DNA of 64,000 nt from Betaproteobacteria bacterium (GTDB lineage Bacteria; Bacillota; SHA-98; UBA4971): positions 26,605 to 90,604 of the forward strand of contig JBLNCC010000076.1 in the NCBI GenBank assembly GCA_050260395.1. The letters run 5' to 3'. The first letter of the stretch is position 1; each line of letters opens with the position of its first letter. The notes below the pieces were generated by a model, which was given only the letters and a program-made list of their open reading frames with translations, was not told the origin of the DNA and did no database searches. A program made the position numbers and the translations under genes. This document shows positions 7,826 to 17,332 of the stretch, piece after piece.

Positions 7826-9013
7826 TCACGGGGCTTTCTTTTCCAAAGTGTCGAGCACCTCAAGATACCTCTCCGGCCTTACCCACAACAGCTTGAGCTG
7901 GTCCCAGAATGTGGCCTGCCACTCCCCGCCGATGGTGTCGTCCATGTCGGCCAGCGCCACGCGGCCGGTGAGAAGCTCCGCCACCCCCCTGTCCACAGGC
8001 GGGTACGCATCGAGAGGTACCTTGACGTACGTGGCGATGTGTCCACCCTGGGCCACCTGAACCTCCTGCCCCTTAGTGGCGAGGAACTGGATGAGTTTCT
8101 TCGCTTCCTCGGGGTACTTCGTGTACTTGGGCACGAAGGCGTAGTCCGGGCCGAAGACTATGCCGCGCGCCCCGGGCAGTGAGAAGACGCCGAGGTCGCT
8201 CGGGTCCTTTACCATGCTGGTTATCCAGCTCCCCATGAAGTACAACGCATAGTCGCCCTGCCACCACAGTTCGACGGCCTGGGTCCACTCGATGGGTTCG
8301 CTGAAGTACTTCGCCTTGAGGAGCGGCACGATCCTTCCTTCGAAGATGCCTTTCACGACCGGATCGGTCCAGGCGATCTTGCCCTCCGTGAGCTCCTTAT
8401 GCAGCTGCGGCCCGCCGAATGTTGCGATGAAATGCTCGGTCACGTCGGAGAGCGGCCAGCCAACGCTATCGCCGCTCACGATGGGCGCCTTGACCCCAGG
8501 GATCTTTGCTATCTTATTGAGGAGCGCCACAAACTCCTCCCATGTGGTGGGCGGGGTCAAGCCGTGCTTTTGGAAGAACGATTTGCGGTACCAGAAGCCG
8601 GGTTTCACCTTGCCAGTGTACGCTATGCCGTAGAGCTTGCCTCCCGCCTTGAGGCTATCCAGAGCACCCGGCAGGTAGTCGGAGTCCTTGATGAGGCCAG
8701 TGAGGTCCAACGCGTGGCCAGCCTCTCCCTGCTTGGCTATGAACCATGCCCACATGAAGATCACGTCGCCTGGGGTGGTCTTAGCGGAGAACTGTGCCGG
8801 CAGTTGCGCCGAGAGGTCCTCGCTGCGGTAAATGCGGTAATCGACCTTTATCCCCGTTTCCTTCTCGAATGCCTGAAGAACAGGCAGGAACGCTTCCATC
8901 TCCGCCCCGGACCAGGGGCCGATGCACGTCAGAGTCTTGGCGTCGGCGGCAAAAGCCCCACACGTAGCGACGAGGAACACCATGCAAACTACAAGCAGAA
9001 CCTTCTTGAACAC
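7826..9013 (-). CDS. Sugar ABC transporter substrate-binding lipoprotein
   Basis: Track ORF 7826..9310. I start it at GTG 9013, with GAAGGAGGAGGG upstream. The N-terminus is VFKKVLLVVCMVFLVATCGAFA (signal peptide plus lipobox LVATC). The body resembles family-1 extracellular solute-binding proteins. Confidence 0.85.
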   Translation of the reverse strand: MFKKVLLVVCMVFLVATCGAFAADAKTLTCIGPWSGAEMEAFLPVLQAFEKETGIKVDYRIYRSEDLSAQLPAQFSAKTTPGDVIFMWAWFIAKQGEAGHALDLTGLIKDSDYLPGALDSLKAGGKLYGIAYTGKVKPGFWYRKSFFQKHGLTPPTTWEEFVALLNKIAKIPGVKAPIVSGDSVGWPLSDVTEHFIATFGGPQLHKELTEGKIAWTDPVVKGIFEGRIVPLLKAKYFSEPIEWTQAVELWWQGDYALYFMGSWITSMVKDPSDLGVFSLPGARGIVFGPDYAFVPKYTKYPEEAKKLIQFLATKGQEVQVAQGGHIATYVKVPLDAYPPVDRGVAELLTGRVALADMDDTIGGEWQATFWDQLKLLWVRPERYLEVLDTLEKKAP

Positions 9014-9215
9014 GCTCTCTCGCCCTCCTCCTTCGTTGAAACGCGGGTGTCGTAGTAACGACCACCGGCTCCGAGACTTATGACCCTGGCAAGTACACGC
9101 GCTTTCCCCAGCGTCACCTCCCTGAGTCAGGATGCTGCCACTTTTCTGCCCGCCGCCGTGCCTACCAGCGAGCCCCGGAAAGCCTTCGGGCCCGCCTGGT
9201 GGTAACTTGGGTGCC

Positions 9216-9231
9216 GTGCAACCGATTGCAC
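9216..9231. promoter_or_regulatory. LacI/GalR-type (cre-like) palindromic operator candidate
   Basis: GTGCAACCGATTGCAC has the core TGCAACCGATTGCA, which fits TGNAANCGNTTNCA. It lies about 200 nt upstream of the SBP start on the minus strand. Confidence 0.45.
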
Positions 9232-9295
9232 AACACCGGAGCGCGCCATATTTGGTGGCGCACTGTATGTTGGCTTCACACAAGCTGCAGCCTGA

Positions 9296-9309
9296 TACAA
9301 CCGGTTGCA
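9296..9309. promoter_or_regulatory. Second LacI/GalR-type operator candidate
   Basis: TACAACCGGTTGCA differs by one mismatch from the same 14-bp palindromic pattern and lies 80 nt from the first site. Confidence 0.35.
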
Positions 9310-9667
9310 CGCACTACAAAGCCATAATTCGTCACCGATCCCCGGAATCCTGCCTTCCGGACGTTCCCTGAGGATCTTTTTACGTAACGGGGGACATATC
9401 ATGGGGTCATGCGCCCCCGCGTCTCCCACGCCCTTTGCTTACGGCGCGGTGACGCTGCGGACCGGCCACGGCCCGCGACCCGACGTGCGGGAGCCTGCGC
9501 TGGCCGGGCCGGTGGGGGGCCGTGGGGCGCCAGGTCGCGGGTCAGCGTGTTCGATGCTATGGTGGACCGGACCGGAGGGGCGGGAGCTGCTACGGTCATT
9601 CGCTCCTGTCGTAACACAGTGGCCCATGGGCCCGCCGCGAGACGTGGCCCCGCGACGCATCCCGCTG

Positions 9668-10915
9668 TCAGGGAATCCTGAGCAACCAGAACACGGTGCC
9701 GCGGTCCCAGCCGAGATCCCAGGGTACGTGGTACCGGTCGGCGGTATGGGAGTTGACCACGACGTAGCCGTGGGAGTCCGTGCCCGTCACAATGGCCAGG
9801 TGTTCGATGCGGCCGCGCTCCTCGTAAGCTATCACGTCACCGGGGTGGAGAGCGCCAATGGGCCCGTACGGGAATTCTGCCGAGGGGGTCACTACATCAG
9901 GGTACGTGCCACGAGCGATTCTCCGAGCCCGCCCGCTATTCATGAGGTACGCGACGAGCGCCTCCGCCTGTGCCCACGCGCGACTTGCGCCCGCTCCCGA
10001 ACCCCTGAAGGTGTAGCGCCACGTCCAATCCATGGGGAGGCTCCCCGCTTCCGGATCCCCGAGCACCTGGGATACGAAGTTGGTGCAGTCTCCTCCCAGG
10101 CCTGTGAAGTCCTTGTATCTAGGGTTATACTCGCGGTTGTTGCCGCAGCCCCAGGCGCAGCCGCAGTACTCGTCCGCGTAGGCGACAGCCTTCTCTCTGT
10201 TGTACCAGGGTGTCGATGGACGACTCGGGCTCTGCGGTTCGTCGGGAGACGCGCTCGTGCCGGCCGGCACGAGCACGCTGCCAGGATTGCCGCTTTCCTC
10301 GTTCCCGCGGATCACCGCTGTGGGCGAGACCCCGGGTGGGGTCAGGGCCGGTCTCACGGTTCCGACGACGGAGTCCTCGTCGAGCGGGTCGGTGTACCAA
10401 TCGCGCCTTATCAGCCACGTGCCGTCCCGCCGTACAAGCTCCACGAAGTGGCGGGTGCCGATGCCGAAATGGTCCGGTGGAGCCATGGGGTCCGAGTCAT
10501 AGACGTACGCGAAATCCGCGCTTTGCTTGAGGCGAAGCCATGCTATGTCGCCTTTGATTTCCGCGGAATCCACGACGAGCTCCACCGCTGTGCCCACAAA
10601 CCGCAGCCCGCGTGCCACGCTCCACGCGTCAATGTACCTGATGCGCCGCTCTTCGCGGTCGACCGCCCAGCGACCGTACCTGGACTCCAGGTCATAGTGG
10701 GTGGTGAGAGCCTCGGCGTCGCCGTGGATGACCGACTCGGCCCTGTCCGAGAATATCATGTTCAACCTCGCCACGAGCTCCCTGTCAAGCACCACTGGAG
10801 GCCCGCCCACGGGTTCGACCAGCACGGCGGCGGCCGCGGAAGCGCACGTCAGTATGGCCGCAAAGCATACCATGACGCGCCTGCGGCTGACCACGTAGAA
10901 CCTCATGCGCCACAC
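9668..10915 (-). CDS. Secreted protein with C-terminal putative amidase domain (Amidase_6-like, cell-wall associated)
   Basis: The N-terminal hydrophobic signal is VMVCFAAILTCASAAAAV. The C-terminal half carries GGDCTNFVSQVL (Cys nucleophile context) and VVNSHTADRYH, as in the Firmicute 'putative amidase domain' family. Confidence 0.65.
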   Translation of the reverse strand: MWRMRFYVVSRRRVMVCFAAILTCASAAAAVLVEPVGGPPVVLDRELVARLNMIFSDRAESVIHGDAEALTTHYDLESRYGRWAVDREERRIRYIDAWSVARGLRFVGTAVELVVDSAEIKGDIAWLRLKQSADFAYVYDSDPMAPPDHFGIGTRHFVELVRRDGTWLIRRDWYTDPLDEDSVVGTVRPALTPPGVSPTAVIRGNEESGNPGSVLVPAGTSASPDEPQSPSRPSTPWYNREKAVAYADEYCGCAWGCGNNREYNPRYKDFTGLGGDCTNFVSQVLGDPEAGSLPMDWTWRYTFRGSGAGASRAWAQAEALVAYLMNSGRARRIARGTYPDVVTPSAEFPYGPIGALHPGDVIAYEERGRIEHLAIVTGTDSHGYVVVNSHTADRYHVPWDLGWDRGTVFWLLRIP

Positions 10916-11059
10916 CCTCTCCTACCCGGGCGGCTGGCCCGGCTTCCTCCCTGCCCCCTTGGTTGGGCTTGTTTGCCAGGGCACCGGTCCCGTCGGATCT
11001 CTGTTGATGTATATGCCGGGCGGGCTACGAATAAAAGATTGACGGGGGACGAAACCACG

Positions 11060-11491
11060 ATGTGGACGGTTCTCGTTGCGTTATTCGGGGCTCTGTGCTG
11101 GGGAATCGCACCGATCTTCGGGAAAATCGGCCTAGCGAGAGTTGACCCCGTTGCCGGGCTTTGTCTTCGCACCCTCATAGCGTCGGGCATCGTTGCAGGC
11201 TGGTTGCTGGTGGGCGGCGGGCTGAGAACGATCGAGACGGTATCGAGCAGGGCATCGCTTTTCATCGCGGTCGAGGCCGTCCTCGCAACGCTTGTGGGCG
11301 ACCTGGCATACTATGCGGCCTTGAAGTGGGGAGGGGCGGCCCAGGTCGCCTTGGTGATGTCCGCCGCCCCTTTATTCACGCTGGTAATAGCGGTGCTATG
11401 CTTGCGCGAGGCCGCCACGTGGGCACAGGTGGTGGGTGCCGTGCTCATCGTGTGCGGGCTCTTTCTCGTGAGCCTCGGCCCGCCGGTCTAG
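11060..11491 (+). CDS. Half-size EamA/DMT-family membrane protein (143 aa, single EamA domain)
   Basis: Only the last 143 codons of the spurious 728-aa track ORF 9305..11491 look real. The sequence MWTVLVALFGALCWGIAPIFGK...VGAVLIVCGLFLV has 4 to 5 predicted TM helices typical of one EamA repeat. Confidence 0.7.
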   Translation: MWTVLVALFGALCWGIAPIFGKIGLARVDPVAGLCLRTLIASGIVAGWLLVGGGLRTIETVSSRASLFIAVEAVLATLVGDLAYYAALKWGGAAQVALVMSAAPLFTLVIAVLCLREAATWAQVVGAVLIVCGLFLVSLGPPV

Positions 11492-11568
11492 GCTCAAGCG
11501 GCGGCGCGGATCGGCGCGGGCAGTCACGTCACCTCGCCCCGGCGTGCCACCCGCGGGCCGCGTGGAGC

Positions 11569-11727
11569 CTACCGGAGGGCCGCCACGATCCGCTTGTGTT
11601 GCTGGGGGCGCAGCTTGATGAGGCCCAGCTCGGCCTTGACTATCGTGTCCACGGGTATCCCTGTCCTCAGAGAAAGCTCCCTGGCGCTGATGCCCGCCTT
11701 TTCACGAAGCTTGAGCAGAGGCGTCAC
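11569..11727 (-). CDS. Small XRE/Cro-type helix-turn-helix protein (52 aa), absent from the ORF track
   Basis: My own translation is GTG...MTPLLKLREKAGISARELSLRTGIPVDTIVKAELGLIKLRPQQHKRIVAALR*. A strong RBS GGAAGGAGGTGG lies 5 nt upstream. The segment LREKAGISARELSLRTGIPVDTI is a classic HTH_3 pattern. Confidence 0.6.
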   Translation of the reverse strand: MTPLLKLREKAGISARELSLRTGIPVDTIVKAELGLIKLRPQQHKRIVAALR

Positions 11728-11905
11728 GGTACCACCTCCTTCCTCAGTCGGCGCCTCCTGCTATGGTTCCCGCTACCATTATAGGTAGGCCTTTCATAGG
11801 ATATGCCTAGGCCTGTGAGATTAGACCAAGCGATCTACACATCCGGACGTCACCCGGGGACCGGGCGAAAGTCTGAGCCCTCCACGGGAAAGCTGGACGC
11901 ACCAC

Positions 11906-11934
11906 TTGACAACGGCCCTGCCGGGTTATAGAAT
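11906..11934 (+). promoter_or_regulatory. Sigma-A-type promoter of glnR-glnA
   Basis: TTGACA (11906..11911), a 17-nt spacer, then TAGAAT (11929..11934), within TATAGAAT. Confidence 0.6.
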
Positions 11935-11952
11935 GACCCCGAATACAGGCGA

Positions 11953-11969
11953 TGTAAGGAAACCTCACA
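11953..11969. promoter_or_regulatory. GlnR/TnrA box
   Basis: TGTAAGGAAACCTCACA is a perfect match to TGTNAN7TNACA. It lies about 20 nt downstream of the predicted -10 and 35 nt before glnR. Confidence 0.7.
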
Positions 11970-12003
11970 TAAACGGCGGTGATCGAGAGAGGGGCGATGG
12001 GGA

Positions 12004-12405
12004 GTGGGCGTGCCACGCGACGCGCCTGTGTACACCATCGGAGCGGTTCGGCGTCTCACGGGCCTCACGGACCGTCAGATCCGGTACTACGACGAGACCG
12101 GTCTCGTTGTGCCGGCGCGGACCCCCGGAAACCAGCGTCTGTACTCCGAGGCGGACGTGGAGGCTCTGAGGGAGGTGAAGCGGCTACTGGCGCAGCGGTG
12201 GCGGATCGACGAAGTGCGAGCGATGCTTGCCGCCAGGCGCGGTGCGCAAGCGGCCGGCCGCGATGACCTTATCAAGTCCAGCGATGCTGCGATGCGCTTC
12301 GGGGAAGCTGTCTCGCTCAGGTCCGTTTACCCTCTCGCTAATCGACCCGAGCTTCTCAGGATGATCGATACCCGAAGAGATCCCGCTCCTAAACGCGGGG
12401 AATGA
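12004..12405 (+). CDS. glnR: MerR-family glutamine synthetase repressor GlnR
   Basis: The N-terminal MerR HTH is YTIGAVRRLTGLTDRQIRYYDETGLVVPARTPGNQRLYSEADVEAL. The gene sits immediately upstream of glnA, as in the Bacillus glnRA operon. The start may be GTG 12004 or GTG 12010. Confidence 0.85.
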   Translation: MGVPRDAPVYTIGAVRRLTGLTDRQIRYYDETGLVVPARTPGNQRLYSEADVEALREVKRLLAQRWRIDEVRAMLAARRGAQAAGRDDLIKSSDAAMRFGEAVSLRSVYPLANRPELLRMIDTRRDPAPKRGE

Positions 12406-12417
12406 GGAGGAAGAGGA

Positions 12418-13749
12418 ATGCCGAGTCTTACAAAGGAAGACGTGCTTAAAAAGGCGGAAGAGCTCAAAGTCAAGTTCGTCCATCTCCAGTTCACCGACAT
12501 CCTCGGCGTCATCAAGAACGTGGCTATTCCCGTGGAGCAGCTCGACAGGGCGCTGGACGGCGAGATCATGTTCGACGGATCATCCATCGAGGGGTTCGTG
12601 CGCATAGAGGAATCCGACATGTACCTGCGCCCGGACCCTTCCACATTCGCGATATTCCCATGGAACGGCGAGGACGCGGTGACGGCCCGGCTCATCTGCG
12701 ACATCTATAACCCCGACGGAACGCCGTTCCAGGGGTGTCCGAGGCATACTCTGAAGAAAGTGCTGGCCGAGGCAGAGAGCATGGGGTTTACATTTGTGGC
12801 TGGTCCCGAGCCGGAATTCTTCCTGTTCACGAGGGACGAGAATGGCACGCCGACCACGAAGACCCACGATCAGGCCAGTTATTTCGATCTCGCCCCCCTT
12901 GACCGGGGCGAGCGGGCGCGCCAGGACATGGTGGTGACCCTCCAGAAGATGGGATTCGAGATCGAGACGTCCCATCATGAGGTAGCGCCCGGGCAGCACG
13001 AGATCGACTTCAAGTACACGTACGGCCTTACCACCGCTGACAACGTCGCCACGTTCCGCTTTGTGGTGCGGACTGTCGCTCTCGCTCACAATCTCCACGC
13101 CACGTTCATGCCGAAGCCGGTGTTCGGCATCAATGGGTCGGGAATGCACACGCACCAGTCGCTTTTCAGGGGCGAGGAGAACGCGTTCTATGATCCGGAC
13201 ACACCGAACGGCCTCTCGGAGATCGCGCTTTTCTACATCGGTGGCCTCATGAAGCACGCCAGGGGGTTCACGGCCATCACCAACCCGCTCATCAACTCCT
13301 ACAAGAGGTTGGTGCCGGGATACGAGGCGCCGGTTTACATCGCGTGGTCGGAAAGGAATCGCAGCCCACTCATCCGGGTCCCGGCCGCCCGAGGGAAACA
13401 CACGAGGATAGAGCTCCGGAGCCCCGACCCGTCCTGCAACCCGTACCTGGCGCTTGCTGTGAGCCTGAAGGCCGGCCTCGATGGGATCAAGAACAGGATC
13501 CTTCCGCCCGACCCTGTGAACCTCAATGTCTACGGACTGTCTCCGGCGGAGCGTGAAGCCATGGGCATACAGAGCCTGCCCGGCAGCATCGTGGAGGCGA
13601 TCGAGTGCCTCAAAGCCGATGAGGTCATAACGGACACGCTCGGACCGCACATAACCAGCAGGTTCATCGAGGCGAAGGAGATCGAGTGGGATATATACAG
13701 GACCCAGGTGCACCCGTGGGAGATCGAGCAGTACCTGAACGTGTTCTGA
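12418..13749 (+). CDS. glnA: Glutamine synthetase, type I
   Basis: [51 protein letters not shown] and DPSCNPYLA. 443 aa. Confidence 0.97.
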   Translation: MPSLTKEDVLKKAEELKVKFVHLQFTDILGVIKNVAIPVEQLDRALDGEIMFDGSSIEGFVRIEESDMYLRPDPSTFAIFPWNGEDAVTARLICDIYNPDGTPFQGCPRHTLKKVLAEAESMGFTFVAGPEPEFFLFTRDENGTPTTKTHDQASYFDLAPLDRGERARQDMVVTLQKMGFEIETSHHEVAPGQHEIDFKYTYGLTTADNVATFRFVVRTVALAHNLHATFMPKPVFGINGSGMHTHQSLFRGEENAFYDPDTPNGLSEIALFYIGGLMKHARGFTAITNPLINSYKRLVPGYEAPVYIAWSERNRSPLIRVPAARGKHTRIELRSPDPSCNPYLALAVSLKAGLDGIKNRILPPDPVNLNVYGLSPAEREAMGIQSLPGSIVEAIECLKADEVITDTLGPHITSRFIEAKEIEWDIYRTQVHPWEIEQYLNVF

Positions 13750-13794
13750 CGGCTTCTCTTGGAGCTGCCGAAGCCGACGTGCGTTCGCGCGCGT

Positions 13795-13843
13795 GGACGC
13801 CTTGCCCGCTGAGCCGTCGATGGGGCGGGCGGGCAAGGCGTCC
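13795..13843. terminator. Perfect 15-bp GC hairpin between convergent glnA and the RDD gene
   Basis: GGACGCCTTGCCCGC (13795..13809) pairs with GCGGGCAAGGCGTCC (13829..13843). There is no U-tract on either strand. Confidence 0.5.
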
Positions 13844-13922
13844 GGAAACGGGAAGACCTAGTTCAACTACGATGGCGGCGAACCCCAGGTGTCTCGAAAG
13901 GACTCGCCGGGTCGGTTTGGGC

Positions 13923-14402
13923 TCACCCTCTGCTGCTGGCGCCGCCGGAAGTCTGCGGTTCTTCCACCGCGATGACTTGCGTGTTCGCCCACCTGTCGCC
14001 GAGTCGCCGGCCCGCGGCATCGGTCAGCACCAGCACGATCTCTATGAGCCCGAGGACCCCACCGATGAGTGGAGCCGCGACGAGTCTTACGAGTGGTATC
14101 GCAGACAACAACGAGCCTACCGCGAGGGTGAGGTTGCGTTTCGCTGAGGCTGTTATGTCGATGTCTCCGCCGCCCAGTTCGACCACCTGGAGCCCCAGGA
14201 TCTTCTTTCCCACGCTCTTGTTCTTCCACTGCGGATCCTTCGTCAACTGGAACATGAGAGCGTCCTTTGTAAGCGTGTAGGCGGCGCCGAGCAACCCGCC
14301 GAGAACCGGGATGACCAGAGCGAGGATCGCTGCGATGACGCCGTCAACAAGAGCCGCCACGAAGCGCTTCCCAAGGTCAGCTTTGGGATAGTTCACAGAC
14401 AC
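13923..14402 (-). CDS. RDD-family membrane protein
   Basis: C-terminal 159 codons of track ORF 13923..14573. The GTG at 14402 follows GGAAGGAAGTGGGGG. The sequence is ADLGKRFVAALVDGVIAAI...RRLGDRWANTQVI (RDD-domain pattern with 3 TM segments). Confidence 0.7.
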   Translation of the reverse strand: MSVNYPKADLGKRFVAALVDGVIAAILALVIPVLGGLLGAAYTLTKDALMFQLTKDPQWKNKSVGKKILGLQVVELGGGDIDITASAKRNLTLAVGSLLSAIPLVRLVAAPLIGGVLGLIEIVLVLTDAAGRRLGDRWANTQVIAVEEPQTSGGASSRG

Positions 14403-14777
14403 ACCCCCACTTCCTTCCGTACTCTGTTGGTAATGAATATACGCTATTGACCATACGTTTCCTCTAATCCAAGAAACATCCGAGTACACGGACAGACGCT
14501 GCGCGGCGCTCCAGGTGGCGGCGGTGTCAGCGTGGTTGACGCAGGCAGCGCCGGGCAGGGTCGGACGAGACAAAAACGGTCAGCGTTCTTGTTTGAGTGT
14601 ATAATCTGTCCAGAATGGGTATATTATGGAAGGGCAAACCGCATCGAACAGGAGAGGAAGGCCGGTCGAAGTGGAGAATTTGTAATGCTGCGTTTTTCTG
14701 CAGGTTACGGACGGATGTTTCGCGCGTGTTTGAGTGGATTGGGTTCCGAAGGGATGCTTTGCGAGGTGGTTGGAGAG

Positions 14778-16007
14778 ATGTTGTTTTCTAGGGATCCACG
14801 GTCGGGAGGGCATCATCGAACGCGTTTTGTCTCAAGTCTTGCCGCGGCGCTCATTATGGCGTCCGCCGCGCTGGCGTTTGCGCCGATCTCCGCGAAGGCC
14901 GCCGCGCCCCCGGAGCTGAAGGCACGCTCAGCCGTGCTCACCAGCGCTGAGACGGGCCAGGTGCTGTACGAGAAGGAAGCTGATCTTCGTGTGGCGCCGG
15001 CGAGCATAACGAAGGTCATGACGATGCTTCTTACCATGGAGGCCGTGGATTCGAAGAGGGTGAGCTTGGATGATATGGTTACGACCAGTACCGAGGCCAG
15101 CCAAATCGGCGGTTCCCAGATCTGGCTCGCGGAAGGCGAGCAGATGAAGCTGGGTGACATGATGAAAGCCATCGCCGTCGTGTCCGCAAATGACGCCGCT
15201 TACGCGGTGTCCGAATTCATTGCCGGAAGCGCGGCGGATTTCGTGAACCAGATGAACGAGAAAGCAAAGGAGCTGGGAATGAACAACACACATTTCGAAA
15301 ACCCCGACGGCCTCCCAGCTCCGAACCACTACAGCACGGCCAGGGACATTGCGATCATGTCCCGCGAGCTCGTCACGAAACACCCTAAAGTGCTCGAATG
15401 GACGAGCACCTGGACCGATACTTTGGCTCGGAAGGGCCCGCGGGTGCGGCAAGAGGAGTCCTTTCTGAGGAACACCAACGAGCTGATACTCCGGTACCCG
15501 GGGGCGGACGGCCTCAAGACCGGGATGACTGACGAGGCCGGCTACTGCCTCGCTGGCACGGCGAAGCAAGACGGCGTGAGGCTCATCTCGGTTGTCATGG
15601 GCCTGCCCACTGACGCGGACCGCATTCAGGACACGATAAAGCTCTTGAACTACGGTTTCCGCGAGTTCGACCGGGTGGCCGTGGCGAAAAAGGACGACGT
15701 GGTGGGGAAGATCCGCATTCCCAACGGACGGCGCGAGGAAGTCCCTGCCGCGGCGAGCACGGATTTCGTGGTGTTCGTGGAAAAGGGCAAGAAGGACCTT
15801 GTCGACACCACCATTGAATCGGCCGAGCGCCGCGCGCCCATCCGGAAGGGCGATAAGCTCGGCGCCGTCGTCGCGTCCCTGGACGGGCGCGAGCTTGCGC
15901 GCGTCGACCTGGTGGCCACGGAGGACGTGCCGAGGGCAAACATCGTCACCGTGATCATCCGCGCGATCCGCGACTTCTTCCGGGGGCTTTTCGGACTACG
16001 CAGGTAG
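14778..16007 (+). CDS. D-alanyl-D-alanine carboxypeptidase (PBP5/DacB/DacF-type, S11)
   Basis: SxxK motif SITKVMT, SxN motif SANDAA, and KTG within LKTGMTDEAG. Signal peptide LAAALIMASAALAFAPISAKA. The start ATG 14778 (after GAGGTGG) is chosen within track ORF 14532..16007. Confidence 0.88.
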   Translation: MLFSRDPRSGGHHRTRFVSSLAAALIMASAALAFAPISAKAAAPPELKARSAVLTSAETGQVLYEKEADLRVAPASITKVMTMLLTMEAVDSKRVSLDDMVTTSTEASQIGGSQIWLAEGEQMKLGDMMKAIAVVSANDAAYAVSEFIAGSAADFVNQMNEKAKELGMNNTHFENPDGLPAPNHYSTARDIAIMSRELVTKHPKVLEWTSTWTDTLARKGPRVRQEESFLRNTNELILRYPGADGLKTGMTDEAGYCLAGTAKQDGVRLISVVMGLPTDADRIQDTIKLLNYGFREFDRVAVAKKDDVVGKIRIPNGRREEVPAAASTDFVVFVEKGKKDLVDTTIESAERRAPIRKGDKLGAVVASLDGRELARVDLVATEDVPRANIVTVIIRAIRDFFRGLFGLRR

Positions 16008-16133
16008 GCGACCGGATCTCGCGACTGGTCTTGCGGCTGAGCGGCTTGCCGCCCTTGCGTGCGGCGTCCTGTCGAGGGCGAAGTTCCAACGAAGCAGGAA
16101 TTCCCGGTGTTTCGCATAATTCATTAAAACGCA

Positions 16134-17126
16134 ATGGCAAAAGCGGATGACAAAAGGCTTCTGATCGTCGCGCGGGCTAAGCTCAACCTCACCTTGGACA
16201 TCGTGGGCCAGCGGCCCGACGGATACCACGAACTCGAGTCGGTGGTGCAGTCCATCGACCTGTACGATGGTGTAGCGCTCGGGTCCACGCCGGTGCATCC
16301 CGTGTCGGGGCGGGGCAGGGAGCTCGGGGTTACTCTCGCCTGCGATGACCCCCTCGTGCCCCTCGGCCACGAGAACCTTGCCTTCAAGGCCGCGTTGGCG
16401 CTGTCGCGCTTCGCCGGAGTCGGAGCCGCGGTGTGGGTGGACATAAGGAAAACGATCCCGGTGGGGGCGGGGCTTGGCGGGGGGAGCGCCGATGCGGCTG
16501 CTGTGCTCCTCGGCCTTAACGAGCTGTGGGGGCTTGGCCTCGATGAGGCGGAGCTTGCCAGGATCGGTGCGACCGTCGGTGCGGACGTGCCGTTTTGCCT
16601 CACTGGAGGGACCGGCGTGATCAGGGGCAAGGGGGAGCTGGTGGAGAAGCTCCCCGCCTTGGAGAACGTCTGGTTTGTCGTGGTCGTGCCGGGGCAGAGG
16701 ATAAACACGGCCGAGGCCTACGCCGCCTACGACCAGCTTGCTGCGGACGAGGCGGCGGGAGGCCGCGGGGGGACCCCCGGAGGCGACGACAACGTCGCGC
16801 GCGCGACCCCGGCGATGCTGGAAGCCGTGTCCGCCCGCGACGTGCGCCGCATCGCGGCTGGGCTCGCGAACGACCTAGGGCGGGCCGCGGCGAACATGGT
16901 TCCCGAGATAGAAAGGGTAAAGCAGGCGCTGCTCGGCGCGGGGGCCCTGGGCGTGGGTATGTCGGGTTCCGGCCCTGCGGTGTTCGGTATAGCCGAGGAC
17001 GAGAAAACCGCGAGGCAGATGAGACGGAGAGTCCGCGAAACGTACGACACGACGTTCGTGTGCTGTTCGGCTGCGAGCGGGCTTGAGCGTGTCCCGGTGC
17101 GGCGGTGGAAGCGCTATAATGAGTAG
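16134..17126 (+). CDS. ispE: 4-diphosphocytidyl-2-C-methyl-D-erythritol kinase
   Basis: AKLNLTLDIVGQRPDGYHELESV and the GHMP kinase loop PVGAGLGGGSADAAAVL. Confidence 0.93.
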   Translation: MAKADDKRLLIVARAKLNLTLDIVGQRPDGYHELESVVQSIDLYDGVALGSTPVHPVSGRGRELGVTLACDDPLVPLGHENLAFKAALALSRFAGVGAAVWVDIRKTIPVGAGLGGGSADAAAVLLGLNELWGLGLDEAELARIGATVGADVPFCLTGGTGVIRGKGELVEKLPALENVWFVVVVPGQRINTAEAYAAYDQLAADEAAGGRGGTPGGDDNVARATPAMLEAVSARDVRRIAAGLANDLGRAAANMVPEIERVKQALLGAGALGVGMSGSGPAVFGIAEDEKTARQMRRRVRETYDTTFVCCSAASGLERVPVRRWKRYNE

Positions 17127-17332
17127 GGATAGGCCGCGCTCGTCCGGCGAGACTGGTCGCCCGCCGATGGCGGCGGCAACGACGTACACAGAGGTTACGC
17201 GGCAGTAACGCAAACGTGGGGTAACACGCTGGTGACCTCCGATAGGCCCCGCCCGCTGACGCTGACGGACTGCGGGGGCGTGAACTTGTGAGAGGCCACT
17301 CAGAGACCTGGAAAGGAAAGGAGACGGTGCGC

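Noticed and set aside
9305-11491. The 728-aa plus-strand ORF and many other very long ORFs (for example 21968..23488, 23553..25427, 27893..29353, 33057..34811, 46387..47328, 48367..49464).
   Set aside because: They run antisense to, or out of frame with, genes that have unmistakable homologues (the amidase-domain gene, glmU, prs/ctc, fliF, fliK, flhB/flhA). Their translations are Arg/Pro/Gly/His-rich low complexity with no motifs. These are typical stop-poor shadow frames of GC-rich DNA. Only the last 143 codons of 9305..11491 (the EamA protein) look real.
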